Shown here: positions 41,285 to 55,129 of the stretch, in pieces
Layout: every line of letters begins with the position of its first letter
Numbering within the stretch: position 1 is the stretch's first letter
NCBI GenBank assembly: GCA_964016885.1
Contig: OZ024742.1
Span: forward strand, 66,774,001-66,838,000
DNA from: Eledone cirrhosa
Lineage: Eukaryota
Length of the DNA: 64,000 nucleotides
Reading direction: 5' to 3'
The notes under the pieces: generated by a model
Seen by the model: the letters and a program-made list of their open reading frames with translations, nothing else
The model's database searches: none
Told to the model about the DNA's origin: nothing
Translations under genes and position numbers: made by a program

Positions 41285-42364
41285 GCATATATATATAAGT
41301 GTCTGTGTATGCACACATGTGTGTGATGTATATATAGACATATATACATATGAACATATGAATGTGAGTACAATATATTTATATATTTTCACCTCCATTT
41401 TGAGAGAATATGAATCTATCTTATCTCAAGTCAATGTAATTTTCAATAACCGCTTCTGGCTCCCATTTTCATATTTCTCATTTTTCCATCAATGCAATTT
41501 TATGTATTTAAATACTTTTTATTTTACTTATTTAATATTCTCCGTTCCATCATTTTCCACCAAATATCTTAATAAACTGTTCTTTGATCCGCTATATACC
41601 AAACTATAACGTATCATATTTATTTTCAGTGGCAAATTCCGACCTTTGATTTTACCGCTCACCATAGTTTGCTTTGCCTCCCCCACTAATATAAAAAAGG
41701 AAATATTCTCCTTACCAAAGATCTTATAAGATAAATTTCAAATCTATTGTACAGATGTTTTTTTCATTTATAATACTTCTTTTCCTCATCTTCTTTTTAT
41801 ATTAGGTAATCTCATGCTATGGTATTACTAACATAATGTTAAGATAATGATGTTACATATAATTGGGGAAAGGATATGTTGATTGCATAGATGTACCCCA
41901 GCACGTTAGTGGTAAACTGGTTCATTTGAAACTTATTCAATGTAACACATTCGATAGCAGGAAAATATTGCTCATACTTTTTAAATGTACACACATGACT
42001 GTGGGATATGATATTTTTCTGTTTTATTGCTACTTTACATTGATCTTGTTAGCGTTGACCGGTTTGTTGTTGTAGTTTAGTGTCGATAAAGCCACATTAT
42101 CTAGACATCACATGAAGATCTACCACCAACGCACATCTGTTTCTCCTTGTTTGTACTCTCCAGTGTTACATCGCCCGATGTTCTCAAGCATTAGTTATTA
42201 TAGTCACGTTTCAGATTTAAAAATCTATCAATGTTTCTTAAGTCTACCGAATATTCCTTCACACAGACACACACACACACATACCCCCCCCCCCCCACAT
42301 ACTCTCACATACATGCATACATATATGTTATGTATATATAAATATAACTATTTATATAACATTT

Positions 42365-42540
42365 AATTCAAACAATTTTGAGGAGAGGGGAAAGTCGATG
42401 AAATGGAAGCAATTTTGTGATTGGTACTTTATTTTATCGACACCGTGAGGATGGATCGCAAAGCTAACCTGAGAGGTATTTGAACTCAGAACGTAGAGGG
42501 ATATATGCTGCAAAGCATGCTGTCCGACGCTCTACCGATA
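42365..42540 (-). mobile_element. tRNA-derived SINE (S1)
   Basis: GGTACTTTATTTTATCGAC...TTTGAACTCAGAACG...GTCCGACGCTCTACCGATA. Confidence 0.7.
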
Positions 42541-42782
42541 ATATTACTATATGTATGCATATATATTATATAAATGTGGGTGTGAGTGTGTGTGTGTGTC
42601 TGCGTGTGTGTTCTGGGCGCATGGTCCAGTAAATTATGAGGGAGATTTAGTGACCCCATATTGAAATAGGTAAATTATAGGGCATTATAAAAATTGCGAG
42701 CCCGTTTCAAATCCAAGTTACATTACAACAGATTTCTTCCAGAGAAAGTTAAGGAAACGAGAAAGCAATATATATGCAAAAG

Positions 42783-42900
<118 letters not shown>

Positions 42901-43022
42901 GTATATATATATATTGAAATCACAGATTAATCTTTAAGCAAAGAATCGGTGCTTTTACCCTTAACGGGGTCTTTTGAAACTATTTAGTGATTGGTCTTCT
43001 AAGGGTGAAAGCAGCGGTTCTT

Positions 43023-43074
<52 letters not shown>

Positions 43075-43665
43075 GATGGCTGCCCTTTCGTTAACGAGTA
43101 TGGCCATTGCACGATATACCATTATTAATAATTATTAATTAATTCTATCGTGCAATGCCTGTGCGTCAGATATTTTTTAAAGTGAGGAAAGACTGTGCAC
43201 TGAGTCAATTCCACTCTCTGAGCGACAGTAGCTATAACCCGAAAAGAAGAAAAGATCAACATCATCGGTAACTACTGAGCTGCAGGTCTTATATCGGAGT
43301 TATCCCAGTTTCCTGCGTTGACTTCCACTAGAAGAATGCGTTGACAATGGCTAGGGGTCCTTCATTCCCAGTGGTTTAACCGTGCGACCTGGTATCAAGC
43401 CCGACTATTTCTATGTCCCCGCGCATATACATATGTACATGTGTATATACATAACTACACATTTTTGTCAGGTTTTGTTTTTTGTCCTGCTGGGTGTCCA
43501 AAATCACCCTCCTCACCAAGTAAACTTGGTGGGGTTGCCGGTTTAGTTGCCGACGACCCGACCATGTAACAGGTTGTACTGGGTTATATATATACATACA
43601 TGTGTATATATATATATGTATGTGTGTGTGTGTGTGTGTTAGTGTGTGTGTGTATAATGTATGTA

Positions 43666-43696
<31 letters not shown>

Positions 43697-43699
<3 letters not shown>

Positions 43700-43909
43700 C
43701 AAAATAAAGATCCGAAGTTTAGTCCCTCTGTGAGTGAACATCGCTAATTTTCTCCCTCATATCAAGGATTTGAAGACAATTCATTTTCACCTGACGAGAT
43801 CAGTGATAATCGATCATGGCTACACGATCGATTTATCTCTTATTGAAACATGTATCGTGATTAAAATGATTGGATATTGATTCCATGCCTTCGGATCTTT
43901 ATTTTGATA
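43697..43909 (+). mobile_element. (TA)n-adjacent insert with ~21-bp inverted repeats enclosing a hammerhead-like motif
   Basis: TATCAAAATAAAGATCCGAAG / CTTCGGATCTTTATTTTGATA. CTGACGA at 43791-43797, hairpin GATAATCGATC..GATCGATTTATC, GAAA-CATG-TA at 43845. Confidence 0.55.
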
Positions 43910-44116
43910 CAAATACTCTGTTTTACATCATCTAGCTCTTCCCATAAATGGAATTGGAAATATACAAAAGCGTTGAGAACTTAATATTACTAACAAAAAT
44001 GTATTGACACAACCAATAATACACCTTAATATATATCAACTATATTTATATATATATACATATGTTATATAGTGACAAAACATAAGTCAATTGCATGAAC
44101 TCATAATCCTTTATTT

Positions 44117-44171
44117 ACTACTATATAATTTCGATGATAGCCATTGAATGGCTATGACCTCATCAGGCAGT
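44117..44171 (-). ncRNA. minimal type I hammerhead ribozyme, canonical core
   Basis: Minus strand: ACTGC-CTGATGA-GGTCATAGCCA-ttcaa-TGGCTATCATC-GAAA-T-tat-A-TA-GTAGT. 5-bp stem I, stem II with 10 of 11 pairs, AUA triplet. Confidence 0.75.
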
Positions 44172-45169
44172 TAGTCAGTTCTTAGATATGCCAGCTCTGT
44201 GTGTATAGTTTTGATGGTATCAAAGCCTTGGGACATTTGAGCTTGTTAGGAATACTTTGATGTTGCCAGTAGGAATAGTCTTGATTCTCATTGGTCAGTT
44301 TGTAGATGGTAGTAGGTTGGTATTTGACCTCAAAGAGGCAGGAGGTTCTGTAAGGTTCAAACCATCAGGCAAGATGACAATAGTTCCACATGACTGACTT
44401 TCACAAAAGGCATTCTTGGTCAGATATATTTTCAAGTAAGGTTAATAGTATGAAATAGATACTATAGATCATTCTTAAATTGAGGAATTTATGTGGAGTG
44501 GTGCTACTGGAAATTATGGTTGGAGTTGAAAGTTTACAAATAAAAAGGCTTATGTAGGTTGGCTTGCACTACACTCACACCCACCTCCACAGACACACAC
44601 ACACACATCCACACATACAAAAGGTGGGGTGGTAATACTTAATATAATTGTTTCTACTTTAGGCACAAGGCCAGCAAATACACAGTGCATTACTGTTAAT
44701 ATAATGGTTAGAGGCCAATACTTAGATAGTTTAGAAAATTTAGAAATAAAAGGTTTATGCTGGTTCACTTGTACATACACTCACACCTACCCCCTCTAAC
44801 ACTCACACATCTACACACACAAATCCATACAGGTGTGTATATATATATGCATGTACGCACAAGTATACACATATATATATATATATATAAACTATATATA
44901 TATATACACAGAACATACATATACATAAAATATATACATACAAAAATATAAAATATATATATATACATAGAATACACACAAACACACAAAATATATACAC
45001 ACGTAAAACATACATATATATATATATATATAAAAATACACGCACACATACACACATATATATATAAAATATATACATACAGATACGCACACATATAAAA
45101 TACGCATACATACACATAAAATACACATATATATACACATGATACATACATACATATATATATAAAATC

Positions 45170-45575
45170 AGGTTCAATAAAACATTGTTTAGATGACTCC
45201 TAACCAGTAGAGGATCCTGTGGACCATCCACCATAGGGACCGCAAACTATGAGTGGTTGTTGTTGTCCATTGGTCATTGGTACAGGGTGTAGGGGACCTA
45301 CGGGGTGGGAGGGGCTTGTGGGAGGCCGCAACCGGGGTTTATCCATATAGCTTGAGGAAAGTTCCCGTCCTTAGGTGTCTTCAGGCACCGAATAAGTCGG
45401 CCCTCCTGTTTATTAGCTTGGTTCCGTGATGAAGAATCTCCAGTGTCTCACTAAGACAGAGGTTGCAAATACCAGACCCGCCTCTGTCTTGGGGAACCTT
45501 TCTAACCACGGACCGGACCAGAGAGTGCCGGGTCTTTTCAAGTTTGAGCTTCCAGATCAATTCAGATGGATCAAT
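45170..45575 (-). mobile_element. Penelope-like retroelement 3' fragment (GIY-YIG C-terminus and adjacent 3' sequence)
   Basis: [11 protein letters not shown]...[11 protein letters not shown]...[13 protein letters not shown] aligns with SGVLWQLKLDN...CDLCAEEIFFI...LNLRTNLFSCCKH of the 63.4-64 kb frame. Flanked by (TA)-rich tracts. Confidence 0.8.
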
Positions 45576-45821
45576 ATATATGTATACGTGTGTATATATA
45601 TATATACATATATATACATATATATATATATGTAACACATACATATATGTATATATATATACACACGTATACATATATATACATATATATATATAGATAT
45701 ATACATATATACATATATATATAAGCACACACACACACATATATATATATATGAATGAAACATTTCCGTAGGAAAAGTAAAGGAAATGAGAGTGCTCTAT
45801 GTAGGCTACAGAGCTTTTTAG

Positions 45822-46033
45822 TTATGTAATAAACAACATGAGATAATTATTTCATTTATCAATGGTTTCTTGAAGATAGATATTTATGTCTGTCTTCATT
45901 CATCAGAAAAAAATATTTATTATAATAAATATAAGTAAATATTTTTTTCTGATGAATGAAGACAGACATAAATATCTATCTTCAAGAAACCATTGGTAAA
46001 TGAAATAATTATCTTATGTTGTTTAATACATAA
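45822..46033. mobile_element. palindromic element with a hammerhead motif in each arm
   Basis: Arms ~45822-45919/45936-46033. Right arm: CTGATGA (45949), aTGAAGA..TCTTCAa, GAAA (45986), CCA-T-TGG-TA, AATGAAA. Confidence 0.8.
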
Positions 46034-46261
46034 ATATATATATATATATACATATATTGACGGAGTAAAACATACTTCAACAACATGTGTACCTGTCTTT
46101 TCCACACCAATTGGGACTTCCTGAAGTGGTCACAGCCAATAATGGCTGTCACCGAAATATATATAGCAGTAAATTTATAATTTAAAATGTATAACTTATA
46201 ATTTATAAACGGAGCCAAATTTTACATAGTTGACTTAATTATTTTATATATATATATATAT

Positions 46262-46443
46262 ATAACGAAGGAGTTGTGGTAAGGAACCAGATGGACCATA
46301 AAGCACCAGAGTACTCAATACTTAGGGTAGTAGAGTGGGTAATAGGAGAAAGTATGACCCCGACGGCAGAGCTGAAGCCGTTTCGACGGCTAAGAAATAG
46401 CCGTCGATACGGCTTGAGCTCTGCTTTCAGTGTCATACTTTCT

Positions 46444-46447
<4 letters not shown>
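46262..46447. mobile_element. (TA)n-embedded hairpin element, family A
   Basis: Homolog of 2357-2550 and 9262-9446. Confidence 0.85.
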
Positions 46448-46488
<41 letters not shown>

Positions 46489-47141
46489 ATGTATGTATGT
46501 ATGTATGTATGTATGTATGTATGTATGTATGTATGTATGTATGTATGTATGCCTATCTTTCTCTGTACTCTTTTCTTTACGTCTATGATTTGGAATAAGT
46601 ATATGTTTATACGATTGTAAGTTTAGTTTATGCAGAAGACTGCTAAAACGAGGAACAAGGAGATATGAAGACACACAGCCATAGAGATGTCTGAAATACG
46701 GTTGTATTGGAAAATCTGACGAATTACAATCTGTCAAAGATTAAAGATCAGTATACCAAGTCATAAGTTTGAGTTTATTGTTATAAAATCCCGTCACGCT
46801 GTTAGCCATAATTCTATATTTTACACAGATTTTATGACAATAATGAATGAGATAATCATGAAAATAACGAAAACATGGTCTAAGTAAAATATTAATCGTA
46901 TTTTACTGGTGTATTACTGATATTTATGATGATACTGATAAATATGTTGGCTAGCTAGAACAATAAAAATACATAGACATACACACAATCATACAAGCAC
47001 ACACACATACGTACACACACACTGACAGACAGACACACATATAAACATACCTATATACATATATACACACACACACATATATATGTATATATACATATAT
47101 ATGTATATACACATATACACATGTACATATATATATATATG

Positions 47142-47173
<32 letters not shown>

Positions 47174-48738
47174 TATATGTACGAAGAGTTGATGAGAAGG
47201 AGAAAGTTAATTATATTTTATGTCTTAATCGATATGATCTTATTATACGGAATGAAATGCAGATTATTTTTATTATTTTACTGGTTGCACTTACATTTGC
47301 CACAGTCGTTATTAACATTCTCTCCCGCGTCCTCCTCTTTCTTCTTTAGTCATTCTCCTCTTTTTTCTCTATCTTATTTTTTGTTGCTTTTAGTTCTTGA
47401 TTTTATATTCCCATCATAATTATTTCTTATATAGAGCGAGGAACAAAATTCTTTGTAGCATTTTCGCAGGATTTTGAGTTTCACGTCTGCTTTTGGATTA
47501 ATTGACCTATCCCTCCCCACAAAGAATATATATTAGTTGTTCTTGTAGAATTGACAGTGATGTTGTTGGTTAGACGGCCATTGTTGGTTAGACGTAGTTA
47601 GACGGCCGTTCATCAACATTTTTTAAAAGATGGAACTGTTACTGATGATCCTTTTAATTCTACGTACGAAGCTATTGAAATAAACGACGGCTGTCTGATA
47701 ATTATACATTTAACTTGTGATATATTGAAATAAATAGGATGGCTCAAGTCGTTGAGAAAATTTACGTAAATCTAGTAAAAGATGCTTAAGTCACGAAAAA
47801 AGAGCTTCGGTTGTGGAAAGAAATTGCACGAATCATCATTTGTCGCTTTTTGATGCCACCATTTAACGAATGCACGATTATCATCGATGACTGCTTCAAC
47901 AAGAGATCTGAAACGTTGAAGTACACGAATAAGTTGATTCTTTTCCATTCAGGACATTGTATTAGCAATGACAGAGATTTTATAGTGTTATGCAGTGTTG
48001 AGAAAAGGAAAATACAAGAAGAAAAATGTAAGATATCGTGTATACCCAGTGAAATTAAGGGAGGGGAGAGATAACATGTTCATCATAGATTATTAATGAT
48101 AGACATAGGAAAATTAACAATTATATATATAAATCAAGGAAGCAAAAATCTAACGTGAAGTTTATTAGTTGCTTGTAGGAAGAAGAGTGAGTGACATAGT
48201 CAACCTATCGGATATTTCCCCCTCATCAGGAAAAACACAATAGGAAAATTGTAAAGAAAATAATGTATATATATATATAAATAAAATTAGTCCTACATCA
48301 GTGATCTTCCAGGTATTTCATCGCTTTAAAGATCATATACCTCTGGTTGGTGCGAGCAACGGCTAAAGAAAGTCGTTGGGACAGGTAAATAGGGGAAACG
48401 AGCGAGACAGTAAACAAACAAAGATAGTAATGCAACGAAAAGTGAGGAAGAAGGAGTCAAGTCCCAATAATCGGTGAACATAAGTTCTGTGAAAAAGTAG
48501 ACGAGAGATAAAGACCATCCAACCTGGTTGAAATGTGAGCGAGAAAGAATTTCGTACAGGTCAAACGACAGGAAGTGATTGAGAGGGAGTAGCAGAGAGT
48601 GAGTGAGTGAAAGTGTGAGGAAGAGGCTAACAGAGAGAGTGACTGGCAGAGGGGGTAAAAACAAAGTGAGATACAGAGAAAGGGGAAGTAGTAAAAAAGA
48701 AACAGGCGGGTCACAGCGGAGGAAAATATATAAATATA

Positions 48739-49392
48739 TTAAGTAAATATCTTTAAGTCGTTTGGAAGCCTCGACAATGCAAATAGGTAAATCTCCGGGT
48801 AACAAGATCCGGTGGTGGAGAGAGAGATGTAAGTGGGTGTACGTTGAGATGCGTGGTGTGTATGAGATGTGTAGAAGAATGAAGGAAAGAGTATAAAAGG
48901 ATAACATAAAAATAACAACACGAGAGAGAGTTACCTTGGGAGAGATTTAATAGTCCCTATATATTTCGGTTTCACATCCAACAGCTGGGGGTTTTTCCGG
49001 GGTGGGGGAAAGGTTGTCTGTCGGACAGGTGCGAAACGTGTCCTCCGCTGTTTGTTGTTTTGAATATTCAAAACAACAAACAGCGGAGGACGCGTTTCGC
49101 ACCTGTCCGACAGACAACCTTTCCCCCACCCCGGAAAAAACCCCAGCTGATGGATGTGAATCCGAAATATATAGGGACTATTAAATCTCTCCCAAGGTAA
49201 CTCTCTCTCGTGTTGTTAATTTTATTTTATCCTTTATACTCTTTCCTTCATTCTTCTACACATCTCATACACACCACGCATCTCAACGTACACCCACTTA
49301 CATTTCTCTCTCTCCACCACCGGATCTTGTTACACGGAGATTTACCCATTTGCATTGTCGAGGCTTCCAAACGACTTAAAGATATTTACTTA
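48739..49392. mobile_element. ~650-bp loopless palindrome, family D
   Basis: Centre TTGAAT|ATTCAA at 49065/49066. Mirror ORFs 48947-49129(-) and 49002-49184(+) are nearly identical. Confidence 0.95.
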
Positions 49393-49661
49393 TTATTCCA
49401 CAATGCTTCAAGCAAACTTCAATACTCTCTTATATAAATATATGAAAAAATGGTGTGCTGCGTGGTTGCATATGGGTTACATATGAATAAAATTAGTCCT
49501 TCATCAGTGATCTTCTAGCCTTAATTGTTATTTGATCGCTTTAAAGATCATATACCTCTGGTTGGTGCTAGCAACGGCTAAAGAAAGTCGTTGGGACACG
49601 TAAATAGGGGAAACGAGCGAAACAGTAACCAAACAATATACATGCATATATATATATATAA

Positions 49662-50670
49662 TAAAATATGGAGAAAAATACTGCAGGTAGCGCATGGATA
49701 ACATGTAATAAAATGAGTCCCTCATCAGTGATTTGCCGACGATCATAGATATTTCATTGCATTAAAAATCATATACCTCACGTCGGTGCAATAATAACTA
49801 AAATAAGTTATTAGGACAATTAAAACGCGTAAAGCGAGTGAGACAGGAGAACAACAAAGAGTATAGCTAACCGTAGGGGAATGAAACAAGCATCATAATT
49901 ATTCTGTTTAGCATAAGCTAGGTGAATATATGAACGCTTTAGAAAAAAGACCTTACACGAACGATGGCCATGTGAGAAGAGAGAAAAATAGCCTTCGTGG
50001 TGTACAGGATGAAATGAAGAGAGGAGAAACAGTGAGTGAGTGAAAGTGTGAGGAAGAGTTAACTGACATGACAGAGGGGGCGAAAGACGGTAGGAGAAAC
50101 AGAGAGAATAGGGGAGCAGTAAGAGAGAGAGAGAAAAACACAGAATCGCAGTTTGGGTAAATATATGTAATAAAATATGGAGAAAAATACTGCAGGTAGC
50201 GCATGGATAACATGTAATAAAATGAGTCCCTCATCAGTGATTTGCCGACGATCATAGATATTTCATTGCATTAAAAATCATATACCTCACGTCGGTGCAA
50301 TAATAACTAAAATAAGTTATTAGGACAATTAAAACGCGTAAAGCGAGTGAGACAGGAGAACAACAAAGAGTATAGCTAAACGTAGGGGAATGAAACAAGC
50401 ATCATAATTATTGTGTTTAGCATAAGCTAGGTGAATATGTGAGCGCTTTAGAAAAAAGACCTTACACGAACGATGGCCATGTGAGAAGAGAGAAAAATAG
50501 CCTTCGTGGTGTACAGGATGAAATGAAGAGAGGAGAAACAGTGAGTGAGTGAAAGTGTGAGGAAGAGTTAACTGACATGACAGAGGGGGCGAAAGAAGGT
50601 AGGAGAAACAGAGAGAATGGGGGAGCAGTAAGAGAGAGAGAGAAAAACACAGAATCGCAGTTTGGGTAAT
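49662..50670. repeat. 509-bp tandem duplication (2 copies) of a dispersed repeat, family E
   Basis: Identical ORF starts at 49746 and 50255, 509 bp apart. Diverged relatives at ~48285-48720, 49488-49635 and 61620-61870 (inverted). Confidence 0.9.
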
Positions 50671-50734
50671 ATATACAAGCTTAAAAGTTTATAATATATA
50701 TATATATAACAATATATATATATATATATATAAC

Positions 50735-51709
50735 AAGCTTAAAAGTTTATAACTGATATAAAGCACTCAACAATTTACTGGAGTAAATATTCAATATATT
50801 AATAAATGCAAACTATATTTATAAAACCATAATTATTTTATTATATATATTTCAAGAGCAACCAAGGCAGTCTTGGTGCGCTTTCATCAGATGCAATACA
50901 AGATTTGTTTTATAAATATTGACATAACCGTGGAAACCTTGACGGTTGAAAGTTCGCTGGATAGTGGACAACATTTTTATTGAGTGTAATTCAAAATCAT
51001 GTGTGAGTATGCTAATGAATGTCCGAAAAATTGAAAAAACAACCGTTTATTTAAATTATACTGTTGGAAGAAGAGAGAGAAAAGGAAGAGAGAAAAAAAA
51101 AGAAAGAGAAAAGAATATTATTATATATGTAGAGTTATAGTGAAGAAATATAGTGAAGAAAGAAAGAGGAAGAAATAATCTTATCCGAGGATGAGTTTGT
51201 ATATCGTAAATACGTCATATGTTTATGTTAGATATTTATGTTACGTATATTTACTAATAATTGTTAAATTCTATTCTAATAAGTATATAGAAAGTTAGAT
51301 ATATAGGAAAAATAAAGATAAAGATACATTAAAAATAAAGATATATTAAAAATAAAAGATATTTTAAAAATAAAAATAAAGATATATTAAAATATATCTA
51401 CATATATTAAAATATATTAAAAATAGATTTAAATAAGTAAGAAGTAGAAGCATAGATATAAAGATAGATATAAGAGAGTATAAATGGGTATATCATGTTA
51501 TAGATGAATTACCCTCAATAAAAAATGTTTCCACTCTCCACCGAACTTTCAACCGTCAAGGTTGTTTTTCTATCGTTATGTCAATATTTATAAAACAAAT
51601 CTTGTATTTTATCTGATGAAAGCGCACCAAGACTACCTTTCTTGCCCTTGAAATATATAATAAAATAATTATGGTTTTATAAATATAGTTTCCATTTATT
51701 AATATATTG
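50735..51709. mobile_element. family-B-related terminus: ~165-bp inverted arms with a ~575-bp spacer
   Basis: Arms ~50793-50961/51537-51709. Hammerhead cores CTGATGA-AAGCGCACCAAG..CTTGGTTGCTCTT-GAAA at 50850-50890 (minus) and, more diverged, 51613-51653 (plus). Confidence 0.85.
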
Positions 51710-51726
51710 TATATATATATATATAG

Positions 51727-51777
<51 letters not shown>

Positions 51778-51778
<1 letters not shown>

Positions 51779-52117
51779 TAGCCGAATTAACCGTGCCTTG
51801 CTGTGTTTCACACATTTTCTTTTGTAAGACAATCTTGATTGATTTTAAATCAGTGATATAATTTATGGAGATATCTCTGCATTGCAATATTACTCAATGT
51901 AAAATGTAATGCATGAAAACTTGGAAAACAATATTTTTTGTAATATATTAAATTAAAATTACATTATTAAATATTATTCTTATTTTGGTTCTTGTAAATA
52001 TTTTTTTTAAAATATCAATTCAAAACTTTTGTGAACAGGCATCATATCTTGTCATTTACCTATGGTTTACATTTCATATAAATCGAAAGGAAAATATTTT
52101 CAGCGGTGGTTTTTAGC

Positions 52118-52135
<18 letters not shown>
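51778..52135 (-). mobile_element. probable non-autonomous Helitron
   Basis: Minus-strand 3' end AACACAGCAAGGCACGGTT hairpin then GGCTAG|T at 51778; the 5' end merges into (TA)n. Confidence 0.45.
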
Positions 52136-52168
<33 letters not shown>

Positions 52169-52319
52169 CGTGTGTGTGTGTGTGCGTGCGTATGTATGTG
52201 TGAGTGAGTTTGTGTTTGTACTTCTACAATGGCTTATCCGAAAACCAATATCCGGATATAATTACATCTATACATTTATGCGAATATGCATATAGGTATA
52301 TATAGAGTTTTGTACCTAG

Positions 52320-52597
52320 AAAGTTTCCCTGTGAGGCACAAGCCTGGGCAAGTTTGTTTGTGGAAGACCATCATACATACCAGTTCCCCCCCCCCCTCCA
52401 CGACACTGATGTTGTCCAAAGGAAAGGCAATATCTGTTACAGATTCACACCAGTGATGTTGCAATTCATTTCCACAGCCGGGTGAACTGGAGCAACATGA
52501 AAATAAAATGTCTTGCTTAAGAACATAACGCGTCCGCTGGTTTGAGAATCGAAATCACAACCTCTCAATGCTCTAACCACTAAGCCAGGCGCCTTCA
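52320..52597 (-). mobile_element. tRNA-derived SINE (S2-like)
   Basis: Minus strand GAAGGCGCCTGGCTTAGTGGTTAGAGC...TTCGATTCTC...GTTCTTAAGCAAGACATTTTATTTTCATGTTGCTCCAG. Confidence 0.7.
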
Positions 52598-52608
52598 CAC
52601 ACACACAC

Positions 52609-52783
<175 letters not shown>

Positions 52784-53249
52784 GGTATTGTGAGGTACGA
52801 ATCTCTAAGCTTGTATGTGCAAATGGCTGAAAATTAACTGAAAAGCAATATCCGTTTTCAGCATGTTTCTAATTCTGATACGCTTAATAACTTACGTCCT
52901 TGTATATTGCAAATGTTGTTGGAATTCACTCTATTACCATACATGTTTAAATCAGACTTTCGTACATATAAATGCACTCATATACGTCTACATACATATA
53001 CGTTGGTATGATACTGCATATATAGCCGTATTTCTGTATATATGTAATGCTATCTTTCCAGCAAATAGTCTAACAGAGAGAGCTCGATTGAGGCTGCTGA
53101 GCGTAATAACACAGAGTATATATAATTTGAAAGCAATGATCTAAAAATCATATAAAGCATACCTATTAAAAATGAAATATATTTGTCTGGGTGATCAACG
53201 GACATATAGATATATCTCTTCTCTTCTTCAGCCGGTTATGAGCGCAGCG

Positions 53250-53910
53250 AATCTTCGAAGTTAGGCAGGACCGCAATGAGCTTATGTCAGGATATCCATC
53301 CACTGCTTCCCGCTTTAGCGAGGATTGGAGTCAAGAACAACTCTACCAAGGTGTAGGTTGTGAACGTCTATTATGACGATGAGGGCTTCTCAGTCTCCAT
53401 CTCGGACGTGCGATCATCACTCCATCAGAGGAATGTGATACCTAAGAAAAACGTCCTTATCTTCGTTTCACCGACTCTCCAACCTGCCTTTCGCTCTACG
53501 CTCAGGTTGTAATTACACCTGCTAGAGAGCCTGATAAGTAGACAAAACATGATCGACGCGGGCCTAGCACTATTTCTGTTCAGGTACTGCTTCACCATGC
53601 CAAAGATCTTATACACCTTCCGCAATGCCCTTGCTACAACCAAGCATCTCTCCTCACAGGCATCAACATTTGCATCCGACGGACTGCTGCGGACATTTTC
53701 AACTTTCAGCTTGACTACACTGGATGGCAGCAAGCCAACCTACCTGTCAAATATTGTGGCCTCGGTCTTCGGTTTCCTGTCTCAATGGCCCTGCCGGTTT
53801 TCGTTATGTCCTTATCAACAAGGTTCTCCACAACACGACTGACCCTTCGGTGATCGAGGAGCGCGAGGTGGCCTACGCGAAATGGACCCTGTTCAGCCTC
53901 TTCCCTGTGA
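53250..53910 (+). mobile_element. decayed CRE-like non-LTR retrotransposon, RT and thumb region
   Basis: YYDD at ~53369-53380, ALFLFRYCFTMPKILY, and WQQANLPVKYCGLGLR..SMALPVF, matching the CRE-type A.LP...GGLG.R...ALPAF pattern. Confidence 0.65.
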
Positions 53911-55129
53911 TCAACCATCCCGCTCCATTTGAAATGTATGCATTATAACGGAAATAAATATCATAATAATCTATCATTATACCTAATAGTTGGAGGGAAA
54001 ACGTGTAAAGTAGCATCTCGACACAGATAAGAGGATAGAGAGAAATCGGATCCTCATTTTCCCAATGATTCTTAAGTCAATCTCTTCGCATACTTCGCTT
54101 AGAATCTTCTAAATATGCGCAGTTATTTCATTGCGGTTAACATACTCGGCGAGCATTCATGGGACATTGAATTCGATTCCTTTGAGGCACCTTTGTCTTT
54201 TTTTTCCCGCTAGGATGTTTACTTTACCCGATTACTTACATTGATAATCCATTGTGATGGTCATTTGAGAAGGTATCATATTATTTATTATGGCTACATA
54301 TTGAATCTTATTACTCTCGTGTTTCACTTGTGCACTCATACCTGATGATACATAGAGTACACAACTGAAACTCAAAACGGAGTATAGGAAATTCTTCAAA
54401 AATCGAAAATAAAGAAAACATCAATATCTGCATGGAAAAATGGTGACTGCAGCATTTACATTGTGAAATCGTAAATGTAAAGATGCATATATTCAGAATA
54501 TATGTGGTTCTTTGCATATTTATCAAATTGTCATACCTTTAATATATTAAATTTAGAAACAAATAAAATGTAATGACGAATGGGCTGTTAGTATTCATGG
54601 CACTACAGGAGTAAGAACTATCATGGGTCTTCTTTCATAAGAAACTAGACATGAAATCCATTCTATCCTGGTTGTATGATTTATTGAATAAGGTATTAGA
54701 TAGAGGAAATGGTGAATTTTCGTATTGAAATGATCTTTCACAGTCACAGAGATTGAAATACGACGGGCGGCGCCAAGAGGAGAAGAGGAACTCCTACATG
54801 CAGAGGTCATGTTTTATGCCGAATGCTGCTTGGCTGAAATCAAAATCAAGGTTGCGAAGTCTGAGACACTCGTCGTGTCCATGGCACCCGCTTTGTGTAT
54901 TTTACATGCGGAGTTCCACTGAAAAGTGTGGAGAAAGATGTGTTCAAGAGTGATGGAAGATATGAGGCTGAATCAAGTTTCAGAATTGTAGGAGTTGGTG
55001 CCCTAACCATCCAGTTCCAGCATTCGAGATTCAAAATAAGATAGGCGTAAAAACCTAACTTCCTATCTTCAATTCGTTATTTATGCCAACCCTTCAATAT
55101 GACCATATATCTTGGGTCAGGGCGGAAAG

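Noticed and set aside
47790-47945. Possible minus-strand exon (LQRFRSLVEAVIDDNRAFVKWWHQK...)
   Set aside because: No recognisable homology, no clear donor site and no partner exons; it cannot be supported without RNA-seq.
49715-49760. Type II hammerhead (GAAA...TGAT/ATCA-CTGATGA, minus strand) in family E
   Set aside because: Stem II and stem III do not pair, and the UH site is not conserved in the 61770 copy.
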